DNA of 64,000 nt from Eledone cirrhosa (taxonomy: Eukaryota): NCBI GenBank assembly GCA_964016885.1, contig OZ024757.1, positions 21,328,001 to 21,392,000 of the forward strand, given 5' to 3'. The position numbers were made by a program, and so were the translations under genes. Below, one piece after another: positions 23,811 through 38,399 of this stretch; the first letter of the stretch is position 1, and each line of letters opens with the position of its first letter. The notes under the pieces are model-generated. The model worked only from the letters and a program-made list of their open reading frames with translations, had not been told where the DNA came from and made no database searches.

Positions 23811-24401
23811 ACAACATACTCACAATACACACACAATACACACACAATTACATACACACAACAACAACCAATCACACACAACATCAACCAAACGCACAAC
23901 AACAACCAAACACACACAACCACAACCAAACACACAACAACAACCAAACACACACAACAACCAAACACATACAACACAGCTCTTCCAAAAGTAGTTAGTG
24001 TACACACAACTGAAAAGAATTTCTATAGAAAAGATGTCCAAAATATTTTACATTTAGATTCTTTGACAAACTAAGTTTGTTAAAGAGTGGAATATTTCTA
24101 TAGCAGAAGATTTCCTTCAATGAAAGAGACACAAGAATTATATATGTTGGTTATTTTTGTTATTACTTTTACATACATACATACATATATGTGTCTGTAT
24201 GCACACATGTATGCCAGTAGGTATTTATGTGTGCATGCATATGTGCATGTCATTGCATAATTCAATCTTTATATTTATTTTACTTGTATTTATGTGCAGC
24301 TACATATGTTTGCATGCCTGCATATGCATTTTTGTATTTATTACAGCCTAAACCTTTGCAGTTTCTAACATCATCAACATGTTACATCTGCTTTTGAATG
24401 C

Positions 24402-24449
<48 letters not shown>

Positions 24450-24705
24450 GTATGTATGTATTAATGTATGCATATTCTTCTGGATTTATAATTTCACAAA
24501 TCTTTACAAATGGAGAGAGTCGGTTTCTAACATAGACACAAGACTCTCTCATTGGAATTTACACATCAACTAGGTAGATATGTATGCATGCCTGCATGCA
24601 AACATGTGTAGATATGGATGTTATTGTATGTGTGGATGTAGATGTTTTGAGTTATATGTGTGCATGTCTATATGTTTTGTATCTGTACATGTGTATATGC
24701 AGTGA

Positions 24706-25840
24706 TTAGATGCACACTTTTAGGAATGTTTTACATATTTTTACTGTTCCATTAATGGATTGTACTTGTAATTTCCTAACTAATTGTGTTCTTTCTGTTC
24801 CTGTGAAGCGTAGCTTCTCAAGATTTGTATTGAGGCAGTTACTAACATACTCTTGTGCCCCAACAATCACAGGCATAAATCTGAAGGTGTAATCAGGATG
24901 GAGTATCTGCAGATTTCTCATCAGTTCTGCATAAATATTCTCCTTTTTGCTAATCTTTGATATTATATTGGCATCTGCTGGGCAGCTAACTTCCACTTCT
25001 GTGCATGCTTTCTTTTCCCTGTCCCATATCATAATATCTGGTCTGTTATGCCTGCATTTTATTGGGCTTTTTACTGGAACATTCCACCAGTACTCTTTCA
25101 TATTATGTATATGGATGTATTCCACATTACTCTAGGTTTTAATGTGTTTATTATCGGGCCTATATTTTCTACAGATTGTTCAGTGTTTTGTACAGTGTTT
25201 TGGCCACTACATCATGCCTCATAGGTAGATAGTACTGCGATGACATCTTTGGACAGCTGCTGATGACATCGGTGACATCTTCGATGTTAATACTGCAGAG
25301 TCTCCACTTGTTATCACATCTAGGTGTTTTGCCTGCAGCACTATCTCTTTTGTGAATCAGGTATTTCATGTTAATTTCCTGTTCTTGGATTGCAAAAGCA
25401 TATCCTTCAAAGTGGGAGCCAATATAGCGGTTGTTGGTCCAAGATAGACTACTTTCCTTATCTATATTACTCTCACTCTGGAGCAACATATCCATGCATG
25501 ATTTTTTGCTGATAAGCATGCAGTTTTTCATCCATGAATTCACTGCGATACTGCTGAGCGACTTCTCTGGGTGTGAGCTTTTGGTTACCACACAGGGAAT
25601 ATCTCTCTCATGATCTTATTTGTTTCATGCAGATAGACTTGCTCAAGAGACAGGCTCCTACGCTTCGAGGTTCGTAGATGTTGTCGGAGGGATATGATGC
25701 AACATTCAAATGCTGTCTGGACTGATGTTCGGCCTCTGCCTCCCTGCTTACGTTTCAAGTAAAGGCGGTCTATGTCACTGTTGATGTGGAAGTTTCCGGT
25801 GTTGTTTAGTATTTTCCGAGTTCTAACATCAACTATCTCT
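24706..25840 (-). pseudogene. R4/Dong-like (restriction-like endonuclease) non-LTR retrotransposon 3' fragment, disrupted
   Basis: DVRTRKILT..GNFHINSDIDRLYLKRKQGGRG; FAIQEQEI; degenerate CCHC knuckle followed by RHD; RPDIMIWD...EVEV (PD-(D/E)xK-type RLE). Confidence 0.85.
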
Positions 25841-26588
25841 CTAGGAGAAAGTCACTCTGATATAAAACCTGCGACTTCATTTGCTTCCAAAGGTGTAGAG
25901 CAGTACTTCTTTTTGGGTAAACGCATTTCATGTTCAGAGAGTGGGATTGGTCCCGTGCAAAGCCTTTCCTTACTTAGAAAAGCTTCAAGCACAGGCACCT
26001 TTTGATATCTGACATTTTCTGCGATGTATGGTATTGCTGGCCATAGGCAAGTCCCTAGCAGGACTAAAAAGCCACGTCTGTGATGCTCATGTTTCAGTAT
26101 CAAGAAATGGCATTACTTGAAATCAAATTGCAGCCATCATCATCATGCATGTACGTATGTATGTATGTATGTATGTGTATGTGTGTTTGGTGTGTGTATA
26201 TGTGTATATAAGTATATACATATGTGTCTGTATGTATATATATATATATACATATAGACATGAGAAAACCCATTGCTAGAACAACCATTAAAACAGCTAA
26301 ATGCTGTCAAAGACAGCGATGGGCAAAAATGCCTCAGAGGTCAGATATCAGCAGCCAGGGGTCAACAGAGAGAGACAATCCACAAGGTGGGTGACAGGCA
26401 GTACAGAAAAGATTAAAAGAGGCAGAGGATAAGGAGACATGAGTTGGAACATAGAAGTGACTGGAAGAAATAAAAAAAGGTGATGTACTAGACAAGTTTA
26501 TACAGACATATCTTTCACCCTCATCAACTCACAAACCAGCAAAATGGCTTTGTCTCGATCAGAGACAACAGTGTTTATATATATATAT

Positions 26589-26982
26589 GTCAGGTCACCA
26601 GTTGGTGCTACTGGTAACATGTATCCCAGTACAACCTGACTCAAGGTCGGGTCGTTGGCGACTAAACTGGCAACCCCACCAAGGTTTCTTGGTGAGGAGG
26701 GTGACTTTGGACATCCTGCAGGACTAAGAACAAAACCTGTCAAAGGGCAAAGGAGCTCTTAAGAGTCAATGGCCATCCAAAATCACCGGGAGAGATGACC
26801 CCTTAGCCTTTGTCAAGGCAGAATTCTAGGAGAAGGAAAACTCTGATATAACACCTGCAACTCTGATGGTGTCCAATGATGTTGACTTGTTCTTCTTTTT
26901 GGTAAATATCATCTTGGTTAAGAGAGTGGGACTGGCTTTGTGCAGTGGCTTTGCTCACTATAAAAGCTTCACGGCACAGGCA
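26589..26982 (+). mobile_element. Probable non-LTR (RTE-like) 5' UTR fragment; diverged second copy at 25840-26000
   Basis: ggcagaattctaggagaaggaaaactctga resembles RTE 5' UTR motifs (recalled, not searched); 26825-26982 aligns with 25840-26000. Confidence 0.5.
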
Positions 26983-26999
26983 TGGTGGTGTTGTTGGCT

Positions 27000-27362
27000 G
27001 TGGTGATGATGATGGTGTTGTGATGGTGGTGATGGTGATAATGGTGGTGATGGTGCTGTGATGGTAATGGTGGTGATGGTGTTGTGATGGTGTTGTGATG
27101 GTGGTGATGATGTTGTGATGGTGGTGTTGGTGGTAATGGTGTTGTGGTGGTGATGGTGGTGATGGTGTTGTGATGGCGGTGATGGTGTGGTGATGGTGAT
27201 GGTGTTGTGATGGTGATGGTGGTGATGGTGGTGATGGTGGTGGTGATGGTGTTGTGGTGGTGGTGATGGTGTTGTGATGGTGATGAGGGTGGTGATGGTG
27301 TGGTGATGGTGATAAGGGTGGTGATGGTGTGGTGATGGTGATGAGGGTGGTGATGGTGGTGG
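27000..27362. repeat. (GGT/GAT)n low complexity
   Basis: Direct inspection. Confidence 0.95.
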
Positions 27363-27594
27363 GGAGGTATTGTGTAGCTGTTCTTTTGTAGATAGAAATA
27401 TAATTTAACTCCAGCTTGGAAAACATCAAAGACTTTGAAGATTGTCACAGAAAGTTCTTAAACCAAATAGTGTTAGCTGCTGCTGCTGCTACTACTACTA
27501 CTACTACTACTGCTACAGCTGCTGCTACTAATAACAACAACAATAATACTACTACAGTAGTAGTAGTAGTGGTGGTGGTTCTGGTAGTAGTATC

Positions 27595-28090
27595 ATAATT
27601 TTATGTAAGAACCTAGGTTAAGTTATGTCCCAAACACCAACTTAGTAATGAAAAAGTCTGATATTCCTTCAAATACTTGATTATTTTCAGAATTATTTGA
27701 AAATCATAGATTAGACATGTGTCCATTATAATTTTATGTAAGAACCTAGGTTAAGTTATATCCCAAACACCAACTTAGTAATGAAAAAGTCTTATATTCC
27801 TTCAAATACTTGATTATTTTCAGAATTATTTGAAAATCATAGATTAGAAATATGTCCATTATAATTTTATGTAAGAACCTAAGTTAAGTTATATCCCAAA
27901 CACCAACTTAGTAATGAAAAAGTCTTATATTCCTTCAAATACTTGATTATTTTCAAAACTATTTGAAAATCATAGATTAGAAATATGTCCATTATAATTT
28001 TATGTAAGAACTTTGGTTAAGTTATGTTCCAAAAGGCCAACTTAATAATGAGAAAGTTACTTTACCTAAACCCTTTCAAATTCTTGATAA
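27595..28090. repeat. 133-bp tandem repeat, ~3.7 copies
   Basis: Unit starts at 27595, 27728, 27861 and 27994; related to dispersed AT-rich pieces at 28300-28460 and 50970-52340. Confidence 0.9.
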
Positions 28091-29405
28091 TTTACAACAC
28101 CCCCAAAACTACCCCTGGTTCTACAAAACAACTAATTTTAAAAAGATTTTATTTTAATTCAAATCTTCCCTAATTTAATATCAGAACCCTTTTAATGTCA
28201 AACTGCCTGAAACTGTATCAAAGAACTCAAAGCAAAGCTGTTTATTTTAAAGTGTTTATATTTATCTAAAAACCTTTCTATATTTATTTAAAAACCTTTC
28301 ATCATAATTTCACCTTTGTTAAGTTATGTTCCAAACACCAACTTAATGAGAAAAATAGTTATACTACTAAATTGCTTCAAAATACTGGTTATTTTCAAAA
28401 CCGATTTTAAAATTGTTATCAGTGTCTTTCATTAGAAATATAGTAGTGAAAGGGTTTATGGAACTGACTGGAGGTGGGAGATAGGGATCGGGGTGGGTGG
28501 GGGTAGGTAGGGACAGGGGAGGGGCAGGTATGGGCTGGGGGAGATATACTAGAACAATCTGAGATTGTTGAATGGAGTCTTGACACTTTATGAAGTCAAA
28601 TAAACTACTGTGTTTGGCACAATGGTGGTTGCTTATTTATATCACACATACATAGTGCTATATTCACATGCACACACACACACACATACATGCATGCATA
28701 CGCACAGTACTCACACATACATAGAGTAATATATTACACACACATGCACACACTCTCACACACACACACACATACATACATAGTTATATATCACGCACAT
28801 ACATGCATGCATACACACACTACTCACACATACAAAGACATAGTACATACAGTAGAGACATACACACAGAGTTATATATACAAACTGGTAGTAGAGACCC
28901 AGAGTTATACAAACTGGCAGTGTAGATCTGTTTATGACAGTTTAGCTAATACATTATCATAAAATCTACAATAGTAATTGTATGAGGAATGAAGTAAAGT
29001 GTGGTTGGGCATGGGTTAATCCCAATTAAATTGTAGACACAGTTTACTGAGAGTCTAACAGTAAATTGTGACAGATATGGAGCTTGTGAGGGGAGCAGCT
29101 AGCTGGTTGCAAGAGATAGCAGCTAATATAGAAACAACTGACAAATTGTTGGCACCAAATGTCTTAAAATAGTTGTCAGGTATTTGAGATTATTCTGGCT
29201 TTAAATGCCAAACTATTGAATAAAACACGTAAATATATACATATATATACATATTATATATATATAACATATTATATATATATAACATATTATATATACA
29301 TAACACTGGTTAAGGTCGACAAGATACAATTTCACATACTTGTGAAAAATATATGTTTATATATACATGTATATGTATGTATGCACATATATCTGTATAC
29401 CTCTC

Positions 29406-29469
<64 letters not shown>

Positions 29470-29559
29470 GAGGCACATGGCTTGTGAAAAATATATGTTT
29501 ATATATACATGTATATGTATGTATGCACATATATATCTGTATACCTCTCATTATTGTCT

Positions 29560-29697
29560 CGTTACGTCCCTTTATGATCTGAGTTCAAATCCCGCCGAAG
29601 TTAACTTTGCCTTTCATCCTTCCAGGGTCGATAAAATAAAGTACCAGTAATGCATTGGGTAATTGCTGGCCTTGTGCCAAATAGTAGAAACAATTAT
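29560..29697 (+). mobile_element. SINE family A (5'-truncated)
   Basis: Family A body. Confidence 0.85.
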
Positions 29698-29968
29698 TGT
29701 CTCTAACACCCTCACGGTAGAGTAACCACGGAAGTACAGTGACTGCTTTCAAGCAAACACTATATACACTTCTAGTCAACCTAACAACCCCTCTGTAGCC
29801 TCTGTATCATATCAATATCCCCATCCGCCTTCTGAGATATTTTTCGCTGCTACAAGGGATTAATCCCCTTTCTTGACCGGTGTATCACGTGATAGAGTCT
29901 CCCTCCGCCGTTTTGAGATTTTCTCGCTTGCTACGGACGTATGTAGTTAGGGCCCTTCCCTGAGGTGC

Positions 29969-30059
29969 TCCCTTGATAAGCTGGCTTACCTCACAACAAT
30001 GTTACATATCTATGATATAACATTGTTGCATAGTGACCAGCGAAACTGTACAGTCGGGA
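29969..30059 (+). ncRNA. Hammerhead-like motif (family H5) with long stem II; core degenerate (TTGATAA)
   Basis: tccc-TTGATAA-gctgg...(aacaatgtta/taacattgtt)...ccagc-GAAA-ctgtacag-TC-ggga; stem III region actgtacagt is a perfect palindrome. Confidence 0.6.
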
Positions 30060-30307
30060 CGAAGTAAAAATAGGTATATTGTGTCTATTATTCCTTCTTA
30101 CTTTATAATATTTTACATAACTCTGATATTGTGTCAATTTAATTATTTCGATTATCTTGTCTCTAATAATCATAGAGCAACACTGGTTAAGGTCGACAAC
30201 ATACAATCTCACATACTTGTGAAAAATATATGTTTATATATATATGTATATGTATGTATGCACATATATCTGTATACCTCTCATTATATATATAAGGCGG
30301 TAGATAT

Positions 30308-30497
30308 AGGGCGGTAGATTGGCAGTATCGGTAGAGGGTCGGACGCCATGCTTTCCAGCATAGTTACGTCCCTTTACGATTTGAGTTCAAATACCGCCGA
30401 GATTGACTTTGCCTTTCATCCTTACGGGGTCGATAAAATAAAGTATCAGTAATACACTGGGTAATTGCTGGCCTTGTGCCTAAAGTAGAAACAATTA
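30308..30497 (+). mobile_element. SINE family A (full)
   Basis: A/B boxes plus body. Confidence 0.88.
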
Positions 30498-30539
30498 TAT
30501 ATATATATATATATATAGTGATAAAAACCGAGGAGGGCT

Positions 30540-30594
<55 letters not shown>

Positions 30595-31154
30595 GAATTA
30601 TATATATATTATGAATTAACTGATATAAAAGATACAGAAGCGAAAACCAACCAAACAGTGAGTGTGTTCTGTTATTAATTCTGGCAATATTATTACAATA
30701 TGATCCTCCCCAAGTATAACAATATATATATATTTATATATATATATACATATATATACAAATGGAAGTTCAGTAGAATCGAAGCTCTGTTTGCAGCCAA
30801 GCTAAGCACTCAATAAAGTAGTTTTACCTTAGAGTAATAACATTATGTTTAGACAGCTTGACAAATTGAAGATTGCGACCTGTAAGCCAACCACAAGGAC
30901 CAAAGCAACGAGAAAACCAACTCAGGATAATTTGATATATATATATATATATACATATAGTGAGGGAGAGAGAGAGAGAGAGAGAAAAAAAAAAAGATAA
31001 TTCAAATTAAAAGATACATTTATATATAGACAGAGAACCATATATTGTTTGAGAAACATAGTATTTTGTACACATATATAAAGCATTATTCAGGAAAATG
31101 TACCTACTCCAAGGTGAAAAAATTCCCTTCTTTTTTCTTACAGCAACATTTTAA

Positions 31155-31374
31155 CCCTTTAATGTTCAAACTGGCTAAAACCGGCCAGAATTCTCTACCT
31201 TTTTCTGTTGAAACTGGCTATAACTGGTCACTCAAACTGATGTTAAGGTATTGTTCTCAAAATAAATACTTTCAAAATCTTATAGATTCGATATTAACTG
31301 AGATAATTATGCGAGGTAAAGCCTTTTCCATGAAAATATAATAGTATATATAGAGTAATGTGAATGCTAAAGGG
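31155..31374. mobile_element. piggyBac-like MITE
   Basis: TTAA|CCCTTTA...TAAAGGG|TTAA; reverse-oriented relatives at 33654-34293 and ~58305-58700. Confidence 0.75.
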
Positions 31375-31431
31375 TTAACTAACTCTCAGATCCCAACAGA
31401 TATAAAGGTATATTGTAGAGTGTGGGATATA

Positions 31432-31539
31432 CAGGATGTCCCTTGCAAAAAAAGAAAATACACACTTCAACAGCATTCTAATAAATGTTGCCTGTAAAGG
31501 TAATCAAAGTGTGTAGACACATTTTTTTGAGACTCCCTG
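31432..31539. mobile_element. Tiny Tc1/mariner-type MITE
   Basis: TA|CAGGATGTCCC..AAAAAA ... TTTTTTGAGACTCCCTG|TA; imperfect TIRs resembling those of the element at 60015. Confidence 0.45.
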
Positions 31540-32136
31540 TATTTAAAGACAATCCCTCTGATGATTACTTCCTGTCTTCTGTAGCTTCACCAAAATCAAT
31601 AGTTGGTAATCAATAATAGATTATTTAGATTGATTGATTGCTCCAATTTTTTAAGACTATGAAACAGCGCCGTAAGGAAAATAATAGCTTTTTTCTACCT
31701 TTAAAGTAGGTACATTTTCATAATTAGTATTTGATTTATATATGTGTACAAAATACTATGTTTCTCAAACAATATATGGTTCTCTCTCTATATATATATC
31801 TCTTTTAATTTGAATAATTGATGCTCTGAACCGAGGTCCATTGATTTTTTTTTTTATTGAGAAACATAATCATCATACATATTATATATGTATTGATACC
31901 TTAACATAGTATATACATATATCAACAAATATTGTGTATACACAACTGATCTCTTTGACTTTTACAAAGCCCTAGGGTGATAAAGTTAATATAAAGAGTG
32001 TTGTGCTCATGCACAAAGATGCTATAAAATAGCTTATAAAATAAGGTGAAGACTCATAAAGAAGGAAAAAGATGTTGCCTTCGGCCATTACTTTAGAAGG
32101 TATTTTAACCTCTATGTGCATGAACATGCCATTCTT

Positions 32137-33447
<1,311 letters not shown>

Positions 33448-33653
33448 GGATTATAATCAGCAACAAAGTATCCAAAACATGATATTTACAATTACATGAA
33501 AATAAAATAATAGAAAACACAAAAAAAAAGTCATTAAAGAAATTCCTATTTGTATTAGTTACAGAGATTCTTTAGTATTAACCGTCTCATTGCCATATTT
33601 CTCATGGAAGACGTGGCTTATGAGTTCCAAATAATTTGGAAAATTATTATTAA

Positions 33654-34293
33654 CCCTTTAGCATTCATATTACTCTATATATATACTATTATATTTTCAT
33701 GGTAAAGCCTTTACCTCACATAATATCTCACATAACATTCACATTACTCTATATATACTATTATATTTTCATGGTAAAGGCTTTACCTCACATAATATCT
33801 CACATAACATTCACATTACTCTATATATACTATTATATTTTCATGGTAAAGGCTTTACCTCGCATAATTATCTCACATAACATTTACATTACTCTATATA
33901 TACTATTACATTTTCATGGTAAAGGCTTTACCTCACATAATATCTCACATAACATTTACATTACTCTATATATACTATTATATTTTCATGGTAAAGGCTT
34001 TACCTCGCATAATTATCTCACATAACATTCACATTACTCTATATATATATTATTATATTTACATGGTAAAGGCTTTATCTCACATAACATTTACATTACT
34101 CTATATATATTATTATATTTTCATGCTAAAGGCTTTATCTAATATAATTATCTCACATAATATCGAATCTATGAGATTTTGAAAGTATTTATTTTGAGAA
34201 CAATACCATAACATCAGTTTCAGCAACCAGTTACAGCCAGTTTCAACAGAAACAGAGAGAGAATTCTGGCCGGTTTTGGCCGGTTTGAACATT
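33654..34293. mobile_element. piggyBac-like MITE with internal ~72-bp tandem expansion (~7 units)
   Basis: Begins TTAA|CCCTTTAGCATTCA; unit cattactctatatatactattatattttcatggtaaaggctttacctcacataatatctcacataacattca. Confidence 0.75.
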
Positions 34294-35145
34294 AATTCTT
34301 GATATTTTTCTTAAATTATTTGGAAATCGTAAGGAGTCTTTCACTAGAAATATGGTAGTGAAGGGGTTACAATGAAATATAAAGTCAACGTATTGTGGAA
34401 ATAGTAGGGTTTATTTTTTTCATGGAGATTTTCCAGCAAATTGAACAACCATGTAGAAGGTCCCATCATTGGCGCCACTAGGGTATGTACCACCTGGGGT
34501 AGCCCTTGAGTTTGCTATTCCCCTCCCTCAGCCTCCCTCCCACTCTAAAATACATTGCATTGTACAACAAATCTCTCTTAAAAATTTTTGTCCCCTATAA
34601 AAGTTTTGCATGGGGTGTGCCACCCGCTCCCACCCACCCAACTCTGCTACAGTGCTGCCCCTTCTTTGGCGCCGGTCCTGTATTCCACACAGTAAAAGAC
34701 ACTGGTGAATAAAAGAACTCCCGCTTCTTTTAGTTCCTGTCTGCTTAATATATCAAATACAATTTTTTTGGAAAAAAATAAAATAGAATAAAATAAATAA
34801 ATAAATGGGGAGGGATGGGGGGGGGTAGTAGTAGCAGACAGGTCATCTGTTTTAAACATTAAATATCTAAAGAATATCTATTGTACATCAGTTGTGGCCA
34901 ATTGACATATATAAACATAGGTACCTTACTGGGGCAGGACAGAGTGGGAGAGAATACTCCAGCTGTCTGCACTCTTTGAGAGTGCAAAACCCACTGAGGT
35001 CGATAAAACTAAATAGAACCAGGCCACTACTGGGGTTAATTCTCCCTCTACATTTCTTTCTCACTCTCTCTCTCTCTCTCTCTCTACTTCTTTAGAAGAA
35101 ATCAATGTTGTGTTTAGAATTGGAGAAGGGGGGGAATAAGCTATA

Positions 35146-35259
35146 TCATCATCATCATCGTCATTTTACGTCCCCTTTTCCCTGCTTGCAAGGGTGGGAC
35201 GGCTCCTATTCAGCACAGCATCTCTCCACTTGTCACAGTCTCCTCCGCGAGCTTCAGCG

Positions 35260-35262
<3 letters not shown>
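35146..35262 (-). mobile_element. RTE-1 LINE extreme 3' fragment
   Basis: Matches 19680-19805 with a small deletion. Confidence 0.85.
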
Positions 35263-35321
<59 letters not shown>

Positions 35322-35335
35322 ATACACACACACAG

Positions 35336-35406
<71 letters not shown>

Positions 35407-35525
35407 CATACACACACACAGATACACACACACACACACACACACACACCTACATACACACACACACACACACACACCTACATACACACACACAGATACA
35501 CACACACACACACACACACACACCT

Positions 35526-35576
<51 letters not shown>

Positions 35577-35801
35577 AGCAGGTAGACAGAGAGAGAAGAC
35601 GGAGCCCTGTTCAGAGAGGGGGAGGCGCTGTTTGCAGAGGGTCGGTGTCCATTGTCCCCCACCTCCACTGATAAATACAGCCCCAGGAATCACAAGTCTA
35701 TAGATATATACAAACAACTTACTGGGGACAAATGAATGGGTCATTTTAAAAAGGTTGCCTAATAATTTAAGCGGGTGAAAAATATTTGGGAAAACTGTCA
35801 A

Positions 35802-37379
35802 TCCACCCGGTAAAGGGGTCATGTTGGAGCCATGACAAGAAGCACCCAGTCCACCCTGTAAAGGGGTCATGTTGGAGCCATGACGAGTAGAACCCAGTCC
35901 ACCCTGTAAAGGGGTCATGTTGGAGCCATGACAAGAAGCACCCAGTCCACCCTGTAAAGGGGTCATGTTGGAGCCATGACGAGTAGAACCCAGTCCACCC
36001 TGTAAAGGGGTCATGTTGGAGCCATGACAATGAGCACCCAGTCCACCCTGTAAAGGGGTCATGTTGGAGCCATGACGAGTAGCACCCAGTCCACCCTGTA
36101 AAGGGGTCATTTTGGAGACATGACAAGTAGCACCCAGTCCACCCTGTAAAGTGGTCATGTTGGAGCCATGACGAGTAGCACCCAGTCCACCCGGTAAAGG
36201 GGTCATGTTGGAGCCATGACAAGAAGCACCCAGTCCACCCGGTAAAGGGGTCATGTTGGAGCCATGACGAGTAGCACCCAGTCCACCCGGTAAAGGGGTC
36301 ATGTTGGAGCCATGACAAGTAGCACCCAGTCCACCCTGTAAAGGGGTCATGTTGGAGCCATGACAAGTAGCACCCAGTCCACCCTGTAAAGGGGTCATGT
36401 TGGAGCCATGACAAGAAGCACCCAGTCCACCCTGTAAAGTGGTCATGTTGGAGCCATGACAAGTAGCACCCAGTCCACCCTGTAAAGTGGTCATGTTGGA
36501 GCCATGACAAGAAGCACCCAGTCCACCCTGTAAAGTGGTCATGTTGGAGCCATGACAAGTAGCACCCAGTCCACCCGGTAAAGGGGTCATGTTGGAGCCA
36601 TGACAATGAGCACCCAGTCCACCCGGTAAAGGGGTCATGTTGGAGCCATGACGAGTAGCACCCAGTCCACCCTGTAAAGTGGTCATGTTAGAGCCATGAC
36701 AAGTAGCACCCAGTCCACCCTGTAAAGGGGTCATGTTGGAGCCATGACAATGAGCACCCAGTCCACCCTGTAAAGGGGTCATGTTGGAGCCATGACGAGT
36801 AGAACCCAGTCCACCCTGTAAAGGGGTCATGTTGGAGCCATGACAAGTAGCACCCAGTCCACCCTGTAAAGGGGTCATGTTGGAGCCATGACAAGAAGCA
36901 CCCAGTCCACCCTGTAAAGTGGTCATGTTGGAGCCATGACAAGTAGCACCCAGTCCACCCTGTAAAGTGGTCATGTTGGAGCCATGACAAGTAGCACCCA
37001 GTCCACCCTGTAAAGGGGTCATGTTGGAGCCATGACAAGTAGCACCCAGTCCACCCTGTAAAGTGGTCATGTTGGAGCCATGACAAGAAGCACCCAGTCC
37101 ACCCTGTAAAGGGGTCATGTTGGAGCCATGACAAGTAGCACCCAGTCCACCCTGTAAAGTGGTCATGTTGGAGCCATGACAAGAAGCACCCAGTCCACCC
37201 TGTAAAGTGGTCATGTTGGAGCCATGACAAGAAGCAGCCAGTCCACCCTGTAAAGTGGTCATATTGGAGCCATGACAATTAGCACCCAGTCCACCCTGTA
37301 AAGGGGTCATGACAAGTAGCACCCAGTCCACCCTGTAAAGTGGTCATGTCGGAGCCATGACAAGTAGCACCTAGTCCAC
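35802..37379. repeat. 48-bp minisatellite, ~33 units, homologous to the SINE B internal 49-bp unit
   Basis: Unit tccaccctgtaaag(g/t)ggtcatgttggagccatgacaag(t/a)agcacccag. Confidence 0.95.
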
Positions 37380-38399
37380 ACAACAACAACAACGACAACA
37401 ACAGCAGCAAAAATAGTAACAACAGCAACAACAATTTGTCTTTAGACCTTAAAGATGTTACATTGAATCAATCTTCAAGCAACAATAAACAAAAATGCGT
37501 GTGTATGTCTGTGTGCCTCTGTGTGCGTGTGTGTGCGTACGTGTGTGTGCCTCTGTGTGCGTGTGTGTGCGTACGTGTGTGTGTTATGGTGCATGTGCAG
37601 TGTGAATATGTGCCTGTGTCCGTGTGTCCGTATGTGTTTCAATGTGTGCATGTATCTGTGTCTATGTGTGTGTGTGTGCAGTGTCTGAGTGTCTGGGTAT
37701 GAGTGTGTGTGTGTGTGTGTGTGCAGCATGCATATGTCTAAGTGTGCAATGCTTCTAAAAGTGCATGGCAGATGCATCTACCATGCATCATATGCTTACA
37801 TAGCAATCAATAAACGGTGAAGGCATCGTTTCTCAGTGAAAGAAGGTCACAGTTATGGTGGTTGTGGTGTAGGGGGGGGGGAGATTGTAGTGGTGGTGGT
37901 CGTGTGGAGGGGGTGATAGTGGTGATGGTAGTGGTTATTGTAGTGGTTATTGTAGTGGTGGTGGTCGTGTGGAGGGGGGGGGTGATTGTGGTGGTGGTGG
38001 TGGAGGGGGTGGTTGTAGTGGTGATGGTGGTGTCACTCCAAATACACACTCGCATATATATGTAACACACATGCATCCACAACACTCCTAACACACACAT
38101 ACATACATACACAACACTCCTAACACACATACATACACAACACTCCTACACAACACTCCTCACACACACATACATACACAACACTCCTAACACACATACA
38201 TACACAACACTCCTAACACACATACATACACAACACTCCTACACAACACTCCTAACACACACATACATACATACACAACACTCCTAACACACATACATAC
38301 ACAACACTCCTAACACACACATACACAACACTTCTAACACACATACATACACATGGCTGTCACAGTAAACTTTCCACCTGACTGACTGACATGGCACAC

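Noticed and set aside
35478-37331. 617-aa minus-strand repeat ORF as a real gene
   Set aside because: It arises from a 48-bp unit (multiple of 3) homologous to a SINE module; other frames are also largely open and the ORF runs into (GT)n. There is no splice or expression evidence.
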